Source: Myxococcales bacterium (GTDB lineage Bacteria; Myxococcota; Myxococcia; Myxococcales; Myxococcaceae). Taken from it: a DNA stretch of 64,000 nucleotides. The stretch is taken from contig JAUYSO010000017.1 of the NCBI GenBank assembly GCA_030696265.1, forward strand, positions 72,368 to 136,367. The letters are read 5' to 3'. Positions within the stretch are counted from its first letter, which is position 1. Every line of letters starts with the position of its first letter. The position numbers were made by a program, and so were the translations under genes. This document shows positions 23,057-31,013 of this stretch, piece after piece. Below the pieces are notes generated by a model. The model was not told the DNA's origin. It worked only from the letters and a program-made list of their open reading frames with translations, and made no database searches.

Positions 23057-23886
23057 GCGCGCTCCTGTGCTTCATCGTGGCCGCCGCGCCCATGAAGATC
23101 GGCGTGACGCTCCACCCGTACTACTCGTGGACGGCACGCGTCACCGAAGGGCTGCCGGTCGAGCTCGTGCCCGTGGTGCCCGGTGATGTCGACATCGGGA
23201 GCTACCAGCCGCGGCCGCAGGACGTCGCGACGCTGACGACGCTCGACGTGTTGGTGGAGAACGGCCTGGGCCACGACGCCTTCCTCGACGAGATGGTGCG
23301 CGCCGCCGGCAACGAGACGCTCACGCGGATCAAGCTGAATGAGGGCACGCCGCTCTTGAAGAGTCACCCAGGCGCCGCGCCGAACTCGCACACGTTCCTC
23401 TCGATGGGGAACGCGGCGCTGCAGGCGTACACGCTGGCCCGCGCGCTCGCACAGCTGAGGCCCGAGTGGCGGCCGGCGCTCGAGCGCAACGCCGCGGCCT
23501 TCGCGAAGCGCCTGCGCGCGATGCGGGCGAACACGGTGTCAGCGCTCTCGGGCGTGAAGCAACGCCGTGTCATCACCGTGCACGATGGGTACGCGTACCT
23601 GCTCCAGGAGCTGGGCCTCGAGGTGGCTGGCGTCGTCGAGCCCGCCCATGGGTTGCTCCCCTCGGCCTCGGAGCTCGGCGACGTGGTGCAGCTGCTGAAG
23701 GCGCGGCAGGTCAGCGTCGTGTTCTCGGAAGAGACGTTTCCTTCGGCGATGGCGAAGGTGCTCGAAGAGGCCGGCGCGCGGGTGGTGGTGGTGAGCCACA
23801 TCGCGACGGGAGCCTTCACGCCCGAGCGCTTCGAAGTCGAGCTGCAACGAAACCTCGACGCCATCGTGCAGGTGATGACGCGATGA
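23053..23886 (+). CDS. Metal (Zn/Mn) ABC transporter substrate-binding protein (ZnuA/TroA family)
   Basis: Start MSALLCFIVAAAPMKIGVTLHPY (ATG 23053) overlaps the MBL stop (ATGA). Family pattern HPYYSW...HTFLS...VHDGYAYL. 277 aa. Confidence 0.75.
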   Translation: MSALLCFIVAAAPMKIGVTLHPYYSWTARVTEGLPVELVPVVPGDVDIGSYQPRPQDVATLTTLDVLVENGLGHDAFLDEMVRAAGNETLTRIKLNEGTPLLKSHPGAAPNSHTFLSMGNAALQAYTLARALAQLRPEWRPALERNAAAFAKRLRAMRANTVSALSGVKQRRVITVHDGYAYLLQELGLEVAGVVEPAHGLLPSASELGDVVQLLKARQVSVVFSEETFPSAMAKVLEEAGARVVVVSHIATGAFTPERFEVELQRNLDAIVQVMTR

Positions 23887-24497
23887 GTGAGCGGGTGCTC
23901 GTCGCGAAGGACGTCGCGGTGCCGGGCCGGTTGCGCCCACTCTCCCTCGAGCTGGCGCGCGGCGAGGTGCACGCGCTGGTCGGCCCCAACGGTTGCGGGA
24001 AGTCGACCTTCCTCGACTGTGTGCTGGGCCTGGTGCCCTTCTCAGGCACGCTGGAGCTCGCTGCGAACGAGACGCTCGCCATCGTGCCGCAACGCTTCGA
24101 GGGCCTCGCGGCGACACCCGTCACGGTGCTCGAGTTCCTCGCGGCCTCGCGCACGTCACGGCCTTCCTGGCTCGGCGTGCCTCGAGAGACGCGGCGGGCC
24201 GTCGAGCAGGCGCTGGAGCTGACGGGCTGCTCCGCGCTGCTCGGCGCGCTGCTGTCGGAGCTGTCGGGAGGGGAGCTGCGACGCGTGCTGCTGGCCGACG
24301 CGCTCTCGACGAAGCCCACGCTGCTGTTGCTCGACGAACCGGAAGCTGGCCTCGACACAGCCTCACGCGCGCGGCTGCTCACCGCGCTGAAGGACGCTCG
24401 GGACACCGGGCTCGCGACGCTGTTCATCTCGCACGACCTCGACGCCGTGGGCGCGCTCGCCACCCAAACCACCACGGTCACCGGGAGCCCTGAATGA
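23883..24497 (+). CDS. Metal ABC transporter ATP-binding protein
   Basis: Walker A GPNGCGKST, signature LSGGELRRV, Walker B LLLLDEPEAGLD, H-loop ISHDL. ATGA overlap with the upstream gene. Confidence 0.85.
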   Translation: MSERVLVAKDVAVPGRLRPLSLELARGEVHALVGPNGCGKSTFLDCVLGLVPFSGTLELAANETLAIVPQRFEGLAATPVTVLEFLAASRTSRPSWLGVPRETRRAVEQALELTGCSALLGALLSELSGGELRRVLLADALSTKPTLLLLDEPEAGLDTASRARLLTALKDARDTGLATLFISHDLDAVGALATQTTTVTGSPE

Positions 24498-25315
24498 CGC
24501 AGGCGCTCTCGCTCGACTTCGTGCAGCGCGCGCTCCTGGCGGTGGTGCTGGCCGCGCCGATGCTCGGGCTGTTGTCCCCGCTGGTCTTGACGAGGCGACT
24601 CGCCTTCTTCTCCGCCGCGCTCGGGCAGGCCGTGCTGACTGGCGTCTCGCTGGGAGTGCTGCTCGGCGAGCCGGTCGACGCGCCGTGGGCCAGCGTGCTC
24701 GGCTTCTCGCTGCTGTGTGGCGTCGGGCTCGTCTTCGTCCGGCGGCGTTCGTCACTCCCCTCCGACACGCTGGTCGGCGTCCTGCTCGCCTTCACGCTCG
24801 GGCTCGGCGTGCTGCTGCTCGTCGTGGTGACGAAGCGCTTCAACGTGCACCAACTCGAAGCGGTGATGTTCGGTTCCGTCCTGACGGTGAACCGGGTCGA
24901 CCTCATCGTCCTCGGCGTCACGCTGGCGGTGGTGCTGGCGGTGCTGGCGAGATGGCACAACGCGCTGCTCATCGACGCGCTCGACGCCCGAACGGCTGCC
25001 GCGCGACGCCTCCCTTCCGCGGCGCTGGAGTACGGACTCGTCGCGCTGCTCACCCTCGTCATCGTCGCGTCGGTGAAGGTGCTGGGCGCGTTGATGGTCG
25101 AGGCGATGTTGCTCGTGCCCGCGGCAGCCGGACGAAACGTGGCGCGCAGCGTGGCCGGCCTGACGTGGGCCAGCGTCGTCGTCGCGACGGTGAGCGGCGT
25201 CGGCGGCGTGCTGGTCTCGACGCGCCTCAACGCGCCATCGGGCGCCGCCATCGTGCTGCTGCTCGCGCTGTGTTTCGTGGTGACGCTGCCGTTCGCGCGC
25301 GCGCGTCGCCGGTAG
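24494..25315 (+). CDS. Metal ABC transporter permease (ABC-3 family)
   Basis: 273 aa, about 8 predicted TM helices. ATGA overlap with the ATPase stop. Confidence 0.8.
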   Translation: MTQALSLDFVQRALLAVVLAAPMLGLLSPLVLTRRLAFFSAALGQAVLTGVSLGVLLGEPVDAPWASVLGFSLLCGVGLVFVRRRSSLPSDTLVGVLLAFTLGLGVLLLVVVTKRFNVHQLEAVMFGSVLTVNRVDLIVLGVTLAVVLAVLARWHNALLIDALDARTAAARRLPSAALEYGLVALLTLVIVASVKVLGALMVEAMLLVPAAAGRNVARSVAGLTWASVVVATVSGVGGVLVSTRLNAPSGAAIVLLLALCFVVTLPFARARRR

Positions 25316-25320
25316 CGCCG

Positions 25321-25773
25321 TCACCGCAACTGCGCCGCAAAGTCCCGGTGCTCGGCGTCCCACCAGGCCAGGGCGGCCTCGAGGTTGATGCGCCCCCGCT
25401 CGCTCAGCACTTCTCCCAGGCCGAACGCCCACCCTCGAATCGCCAGGACCCTCGCGTGAGGTGCAGCCTTGCCGGTGATGCGCTCGAAGACGGCCAGGAG
25501 CGCCCCCGGCGACAGGTGATGCGTGGTGAACGTCACCTTCGGCCCGGGCGTGACGTCGAACACCTCGAAGGGCTCTGGCGTCGACGTGCTGGCGTCGACG
25601 AAGAGCACCTCTTCGCGGCCCACGAGGTCCAGCGCGTGCTCCGGCTGCAGCTGGTAGTCGACGAGCAGCTCGACGCCAGGCTTCCTGGTGGCCTCGCCCA
25701 CGAACGCGGGGCCCAGGCCATCATCACCACGTGAAGGGTTGCCCCAGCCAAAGACGAGCATGCGTGACTTCAT
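25321..25773 (-). CDS. Hydrogenase maturation protease family protein (HyaD/HybD-like)
   Basis: MKSRMLVFGWGNPSRGDDGLGP is the family N-terminal signature (GxGNxxxxDDGxG). About 150 aa from the internal ATG at 25773. Confidence 0.7.
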   Translation of the reverse strand: MKSRMLVFGWGNPSRGDDGLGPAFVGEATRKPGVELLVDYQLQPEHALDLVGREEVLFVDASTSTPEPFEVFDVTPGPKVTFTTHHLSPGALLAVFERITGKAAPHARVLAIRGWAFGLGEVLSERGRINLEAALAWWDAEHRDFAAQLR

Positions 25774-26032
25774 GGACCGTCCCTTCTCATCGCGCCGACA
25801 CGCTGCGACCGCGTGGCATCCCCCCGGTGCGCGTCGAGAATGTCGGCGATGGAGCGCACGCTCGAGGGCATTGCACGCCACGCGCCGACCGCTGCGCGCT
25901 GCATCGACTCAGCGGATCTGCGCAAGGGTTGCGTTCAGGAAGGCCGGGGCCCCTGTTCTGTGCGCACTGATCTGAAGTGCCTTGGGGCTGCATTCGACTA
26001 GGCTTCCGCGCTTCATCACTGGGGGTTGACCG

Positions 26033-27181
26033 ATGCTGCTCGCCGCTACACTCGCCACGCTGCTCAGCCAGGCCGCACCCGCGATGGCCGACGTCGCTCG
26101 CGCCGCTGATGGGAACACCAACCCGAAGATGGCGGTGCCTGACTTCCAGACGTCAGCCGGCAACGAATCACTCGCGGCGATGATGGCAGGCTCGGTGGCG
26201 ACCGAGATCGACCGCACCGGCCTCTTCGTCGTCACCACCTCGGACCAGGTGCGCGCGCTGCTGTCGCTGGACCGCCAGCGCCAGCTGCTGGGCTGCAACG
26301 ACGACTCCTGCAACAGCAACATCGCGGAGCAGCTCGGCGTCGACTTCATGGTGAACGGCCGCCTGACGCGCCTCACCGACGCGACGAAGGCCACCACCGG
26401 CCTGACGCTCGACCTCGCCATCATCGACACGAAGACGGGCAAGCGGGTCAGCTCGCGTGAGGTGAAGGGCACCTCCGAGGCCGACCTCGTCAGCAAGCTC
26501 ACCGAGAACGTCGCCGCGCTCATCGCGCCGCTCCTCACCGGCCGTCAGGGCTTCATCGTCGTCATCGCGTCGGAGGACGGCTCGGTGGTGAAGATCGATG
26601 GCACGCAGCTGGGCACCACGCCGATGACGCAGCGCCTGCAGGTGCCCGGCGGGCCCCACGTCTTGCGCATCGAGAAGGAGGGCTTCACCTCGGTGCAGAA
26701 GCAGGTGCGGGTCGCGCCAGATCAGGTGACGGAAGAGGCCGTGCGCTTGATGCCCAGCCCCGACTTCATCGAGGGCTACGAGAAGAAGCAGTGGGGCCTG
26801 CGCATCGGCGCCTTCATCGCGGTAGGCGTCGCGGTCGCCGGCATCGCCACGTTCGGCATCATGCAGGGGCAGGCGCAGGCGTCGTACGGCACCGGCCGCA
26901 GCGACTCCACGGAGACGTTCCTGAAGCTCCGCGAGTCTCTGGTTGCAGATGGTGAGAACGCCGAGGTGCGCAAGAAGGCCGAGGACCTGCGGAACACGAT
27001 CAACAGCCAGCTCGCCATCTCGTACGTCGCTGGTGGGCTCGGGCTCGCAGGCGCCATCACCGCGACCGTGCTCTTCCTCATCGGCGAGGACCCGAACAAG
27101 TACCAGTCGTACCGCGGGCCGAAGGCGACGGCGTGGCTGCTCCCGACGGGCGCTGGCGGCGCGCTGTCGTGGGACTTCTGA
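26033..27181 (+). CDS. Secreted PEGA-domain protein (CsgG/LpoB-like N-terminal region, PEGA, C-terminal TM)
   Basis: Signal peptide MLLAATLATLLSQAAPAMA. PEGA motif (VKIDGTQLGTTP). TM segment (IGAFIAVGVAVAGIATFGI). 382 aa. Confidence 0.75.
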   Translation: MLLAATLATLLSQAAPAMADVARAADGNTNPKMAVPDFQTSAGNESLAAMMAGSVATEIDRTGLFVVTTSDQVRALLSLDRQRQLLGCNDDSCNSNIAEQLGVDFMVNGRLTRLTDATKATTGLTLDLAIIDTKTGKRVSSREVKGTSEADLVSKLTENVAALIAPLLTGRQGFIVVIASEDGSVVKIDGTQLGTTPMTQRLQVPGGPHVLRIEKEGFTSVQKQVRVAPDQVTEEAVRLMPSPDFIEGYEKKQWGLRIGAFIAVGVAVAGIATFGIMQGQAQASYGTGRSDSTETFLKLRESLVADGENAEVRKKAEDLRNTINSQLAISYVAGGLGLAGAITATVLFLIGEDPNKYQSYRGPKATAWLLPTGAGGALSWDF

Positions 27182-27237
27182 AGGCCGTTCCGAAAAAGTC
27201 ACTGAGGCGAGCCGGCGGCTCGACGTAGCGTCGCTGC

Positions 27238-28638
27238 ATGGCCCGAAACACGACGTACGACGAGCTCGTCATCGGCGCGACCGCGTCGATTCAACGACAG
27301 GTGACCGCGAATGACCTCTGGGTCTTCGCGAGCGCGAGCGGCAACTCGAACCCGCTGGTGCTGCCGACCTTCGACTCCGATGGAGACGGCAAGAGTGACG
27401 CCGTGGCGCCCGCCTTGTGGGCCGGCGCGCAGGTCTCGGCAGTGCTCGGCAATCGGCTCCCCGGCCCGGGGACGCGCTACCTCGCCCAGAACTTCCGCTT
27501 CCCCGACCGCGCGCGCGTCGGCGACACCGTCACGGCGAAGGTCACGGTGAAGGCGAAACACGGTGATGGCCGCGTCACCTTCGACACCCAGGTCACCACG
27601 GCCGACGGCCGGGTCGTCGCCGTAGGAGAGGCCGAAGTGACGGCGCCCTCGACGCGCATCGAGGTCTCCGATGACGAGCTGCCCGCCATCACCGTCGTGC
27701 GTCACCAGCACATCGAGCGGCTGATGAAGGCGTGCGAGCCGCTCGAGCCGCTGGCGACCGCGGTGGTGTGCCCTGAAGACGACGCGTCGCTCGGCGGGGC
27801 ACTGCTCAGCTTCAAGCACGAGCTGATCCGGCCGGTGCTGATTGGTGACGTGGCGAAGATTCGCGCGGTGGCGAAGAACCTCGGCGCCTCGCTCGAGGGG
27901 CTCGAGCTGATCGAGGCCCTGGGCCCGATCGCTGCCGCCGAGAAGGCCGTCTCGCTCGCGAACCAGGGCGTGGTGCAGGCCGTCATGAAGGGCAAGCTCC
28001 ACACCGACGAGCTGCTCAAGCCCATGGTGCGCAAAGACGGCGGGCTGCGAGGGGTGCGCCGCATCAGCCACGTCTTCGTGATGGACGTGCCGGGCCTGCC
28101 CGAGCTGCTGCTCGTCACCGACGCCGCCATCAACATCGCGCCGACGCTCGAAGAGAAGGTCGACATCGTGCAGAACGCCATCTTCCTCGCGCAGGCGCTG
28201 GGCTTCACGCAGCCCAAAGTGGGCGTGCTGTCGGCGGTGGAGATCGTCAACCCCGCGATGCAGTCGACCCTCGACGCGGCGGTGCTGTCGAAGATGGCGG
28301 AGCGCGGGCAGATCGTCGGCGGCATCGTCGACGGCCCCCTCGCGATGGACAACGCGTTGTCGCTCAAAGCCGCGCGCACCAAGGGCATCACGTCACTCGT
28401 CGCAGGCCGCGCGAACGTCTTGATGGTGCCGAACATCGAGGCGGGCAACATGCTGGCGAAGGAGCTCGCCTTCGTGGCGCACGCGGAAGGCCCCGGGCTG
28501 GTGGTGGGCGCGAAGGTGCCCATCATGCTCACCAGCCGCGCCGACGACGACAGCACCCGCCTCGCGAGCTGCGCCGTCGCCGTGCTCGAGGCCCACTTCC
28601 GCCGGACCGGGAAGTCGGCGGTGCCTCCGACGCCATGA
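27238..28638 (+). CDS. MaoC-like (hotdog) dehydratase domain fused to phosphate acetyl/butyryl-transferase
   Basis: N-terminal about 150 aa hotdog-like region. C-terminal Pta/Ptb domain (MVPNIEAGNMLAKEL, SRADD). 466 aa. Confidence 0.8.
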   Translation: MARNTTYDELVIGATASIQRQVTANDLWVFASASGNSNPLVLPTFDSDGDGKSDAVAPALWAGAQVSAVLGNRLPGPGTRYLAQNFRFPDRARVGDTVTAKVTVKAKHGDGRVTFDTQVTTADGRVVAVGEAEVTAPSTRIEVSDDELPAITVVRHQHIERLMKACEPLEPLATAVVCPEDDASLGGALLSFKHELIRPVLIGDVAKIRAVAKNLGASLEGLELIEALGPIAAAEKAVSLANQGVVQAVMKGKLHTDELLKPMVRKDGGLRGVRRISHVFVMDVPGLPELLLVTDAAINIAPTLEEKVDIVQNAIFLAQALGFTQPKVGVLSAVEIVNPAMQSTLDAAVLSKMAERGQIVGGIVDGPLAMDNALSLKAARTKGITSLVAGRANVLMVPNIEAGNMLAKELAFVAHAEGPGLVVGAKVPIMLTSRADDDSTRLASCAVAVLEAHFRRTGKSAVPPTP

Positions 28639-29723
28639 CGCCCGCGATTCTCACGCTCAACGCGGGCAGCTCGACGGTGAAGTACGCGCTGTTCTCTGGC
28701 GATGGGGTCACCGAGCTCACCCGCGGCACCATCGAAGAGACGGGCGCAGTGGCGATGGCGAAGGCGCTCGAGGTGACGAAGGCGGCAGGCGTCACGGTCG
28801 TCGGGGTCGGTCACCGCGTCGTGCACGGCGGCACGCGCTTCTCGGCGCCGGTCCTCATCGATGACGAGGCGCTGGGCCTGCTCGAGGGTTTCGTGCCGCT
28901 CGCGCCGCTCCATCAGCCGCACAACGTCTCGGGCATCAAGGCCGCGCGCGCCGCGTTTCAGGGCGTGCGGCAGCTCGCCTGCTTCGACACCGCGTTTCAC
29001 CGCACCCACGACTTCCTCGAAGAGACGTACGCGCTGCCCCGGCGGTACTACGACGACGGCATCAGGCGCTTCGGCTTTCACGGGCTCTCGTACCAGTTCA
29101 TCGCGACGCGGCTGCGCGAGCTCGCCCCAGAGGTCGCCGCCGGGAAGGTCGTCGTCGCGCACCTCGGGAGCGGCGCGTCGATGTGCGCCATGTCGAACGG
29201 GCGCAGCGTCGCGACGACGATGGGCTTCTCGACCATCGACGGCCTTCCGATGGGCACCCGCACGGGCACCATCGACCCCGGCGTGCTGCTCTACCTGCTC
29301 AACCAGAAGGGCATGACCCTCGGAGCACTCGAGGCGCTGCTCTACAAGGAGTCGGGGTTGAAGGGACTCTCTGGCGTGTCCAACGACATGCGCACCCTGC
29401 TCGCGACGGACACGCAGGAAGCCAGAGACGCGGTGGAGTACTTCGTCAGGCGTTGCGCTCGCGAGGTGGCGTCACTCGCGACGGCCCTCGGAGGCCTCGA
29501 TGCGGTCGTCTTCACCGCCGGCATCGGCGAGCGCTCCGCGGTGATTCGCGCGCGCATCGTGGGACACCTCGCGTGGCTGGGCCTGTCGATCGACGAAGCG
29601 GCCAACACGTCGAACGCGCTCGTCATCTCGACGCCGTCGTCGCGCGCGAAGGTGCTGGTGGTGCCGACGAACGAAGAGCGGTGCATCGCCGAAGCCGTGG
29701 CGCGGTTGGCTCAGCCCGGCTGA
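28635..29723 (+). CDS. ackA: Acetate/propionate kinase
   Basis: N-terminus ILTLNAGSSTVKYALF; VGHRVVHGG; AHLGSGASMCA; GFSTIDGLPMGTRTGTIDPG. ATGA overlap with the pta-like gene. Confidence 0.85.
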   Translation: MTPAILTLNAGSSTVKYALFSGDGVTELTRGTIEETGAVAMAKALEVTKAAGVTVVGVGHRVVHGGTRFSAPVLIDDEALGLLEGFVPLAPLHQPHNVSGIKAARAAFQGVRQLACFDTAFHRTHDFLEETYALPRRYYDDGIRRFGFHGLSYQFIATRLRELAPEVAAGKVVVAHLGSGASMCAMSNGRSVATTMGFSTIDGLPMGTRTGTIDPGVLLYLLNQKGMTLGALEALLYKESGLKGLSGVSNDMRTLLATDTQEARDAVEYFVRRCAREVASLATALGGLDAVVFTAGIGERSAVIRARIVGHLAWLGLSIDEAANTSNALVISTPSSRAKVLVVPTNEERCIAEAVARLAQPG

Positions 29724-30232
29724 ACCGTGAGGTTCAGGAAGAAGAGCGTGCGGCTCAGGCGCTCCAGGGCGGCCGTCGCCTCTTCGCCCAGCAGGCCTGC
29801 GGCGGCCTGCGCGCGGGCGAGGGCGAGCGCGTGCACCTCGTCCTCGAAGCCCATCACCTCGGCGAGCCGGCGGCGACGCGCGAGCGCTTCATTCACCAGC
29901 TCCTGCGCTTCATCCTCGGTGAGCTCGCCCGCCTCGAGCTGCTCGAGCGCGAGGCAGCGGAACTTCCGGCACACCGCTGGGCGGTCTTCGTAGACGCCGC
30001 ACTTCCGCTCCGAGAGCGCGCGACACGGCTGCACGAGCGAGCCGTCTTCTTCCGAGAGCCGCACCCGCGCTCCCAGCCGGGCGCCTTCACCGGGCTCGAG
30101 CGGGACTCGACGAAACAGCGTGCCGTCACAACAGAGGCCACAGCTCAGACACAGCGACACGATGGACCTCCACGCCAGTCGAGAATGATGGACCATGCCG
30201 GACAACGCGCTCGGTTGCTGCAGCGCTTCCAC
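29711..30232 (-). CDS. YkgJ-family cysteine-cluster protein (UPF0153)
   Basis: CLSCGLCCDGTLF plus downstream CRALSERKCGVYEDRPAVCRKFRC, typical of UPF0153. The true start may be the internal ATG (MVHHS). Confidence 0.65.
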   Translation of the reverse strand: MEALQQPSALSGMVHHSRLAWRSIVSLCLSCGLCCDGTLFRRVPLEPGEGARLGARVRLSEEDGSLVQPCRALSERKCGVYEDRPAVCRKFRCLALEQLEAGELTEDEAQELVNEALARRRRLAEVMGFEDEVHALALARAQAAAGLLGEEATAALERLSRTLFFLNLTVQPG

Positions 30233-30373
30233 GGGCGCGATGCCGCGCCGACCCGTGACAGACCTGTCAGAGAATCGGGCGTTGGGCTCGTGCGGTTCGA
30301 GTCAACCAATCGGGTTTTCGACGACGCCTCTGTCGGCCTTCGTGCTGGCGCGCCGTTTGCTCGAAGGCCGCTC

Positions 30374-30871
30374 ATGCGCTTCGCACCCTTCTTCATCTTC
30401 CTGCCGGTCCTCGCCACGGCCTGCCTCTCTCCCCGCTTCGGCGAGTGCCTCGGCAACGCCATCGGAACCTCCATTGGGGGCGCCATTGGCGCTCGCCTCG
30501 GAGAGTCCTTCGCAGCGGTGACTGGAGGGCGCGGTAACCCCAACGCCCCAGACGTCGCGCGCGTCGTCGACGGTGGCACCTTTGTCTCCGTCACGCATGA
30601 AGGCGGTCGCCTCGAGCTTCAGTTCACGACGGGCCTTCGGCCTGGGGTGCTCCCTCGCTACGACCCTGACTGCAGCCTGACCGACCTCGCCCTGTTTCAC
30701 GACGCCGATGGAGGCCTGGCGACCGTGAAGCTGAACGTCACCACGGCGAGCGCGCAACCGGTCGACGGCGGCACGCGAGTGCAGCTCACCTGTACAGCCA
30801 TCGAGCGCCGCGTGCCGGACGGAGGCTTCGAGCCGATGAGCGACCGGGCCATCGACGTCGTCGCGCCCTGA
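30374..30871 (+). CDS. Hypothetical lipoprotein
   Basis: MRFAPFFIFLPVLATACLS (lipobox). 165 aa. High GC3. This is the C-terminal in-frame part of the long ORF-track entry 29183..30871, whose upstream part is spurious. Confidence 0.6.
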   Translation: MRFAPFFIFLPVLATACLSPRFGECLGNAIGTSIGGAIGARLGESFAAVTGGRGNPNAPDVARVVDGGTFVSVTHEGGRLELQFTTGLRPGVLPRYDPDCSLTDLALFHDADGGLATVKLNVTTASAQPVDGGTRVQLTCTAIERRVPDGGFEPMSDRAIDVVAP

Positions 30872-30957
30872 GCGCTCCGGTCTGGAGCGCCTGGTCTCTG
30901 GCTTTGCGCCGTCGTGGCGCAGCGCGCTGACAACCCCGCGCAGTCGGTGGCTCCGCA

Positions 30958-30976
30958 GCTGGCACCCGACTCGCAC
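30958..30976 (+). promoter_or_regulatory. Candidate sigma-54 (-24/-12) promoter upstream of the MVP-like gene
   Basis: CTGGCACccgacTCGCA at 30959-30975 matches TGGCAC-N5-TTGCA with one mismatch in the -12 element. It lies 38 nt upstream of the ATG at 31014. Confidence 0.45.
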
Positions 30977-31013
30977 AGCTCCCCTGCACCACTCGCAGCA
31001 CGGGAGCACCACC

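Noticed and set aside
22039-23391. 450-aa minus-strand ORF across the MBL hydrolase/znuA junction
   Set aside because: Ser/Arg/Ala-rich low-complexity product. The plus-strand genes carry HxHxDH and binding-protein motifs.
29183-30373. N-terminal 400 codons of the 562-aa ORF 29183..30871
   Set aside because: Arg/Gly/His-rich and antisense to ackA and ykgJ. Only the last 165 codons, starting at the lipoprotein signal at 30374, are retained.
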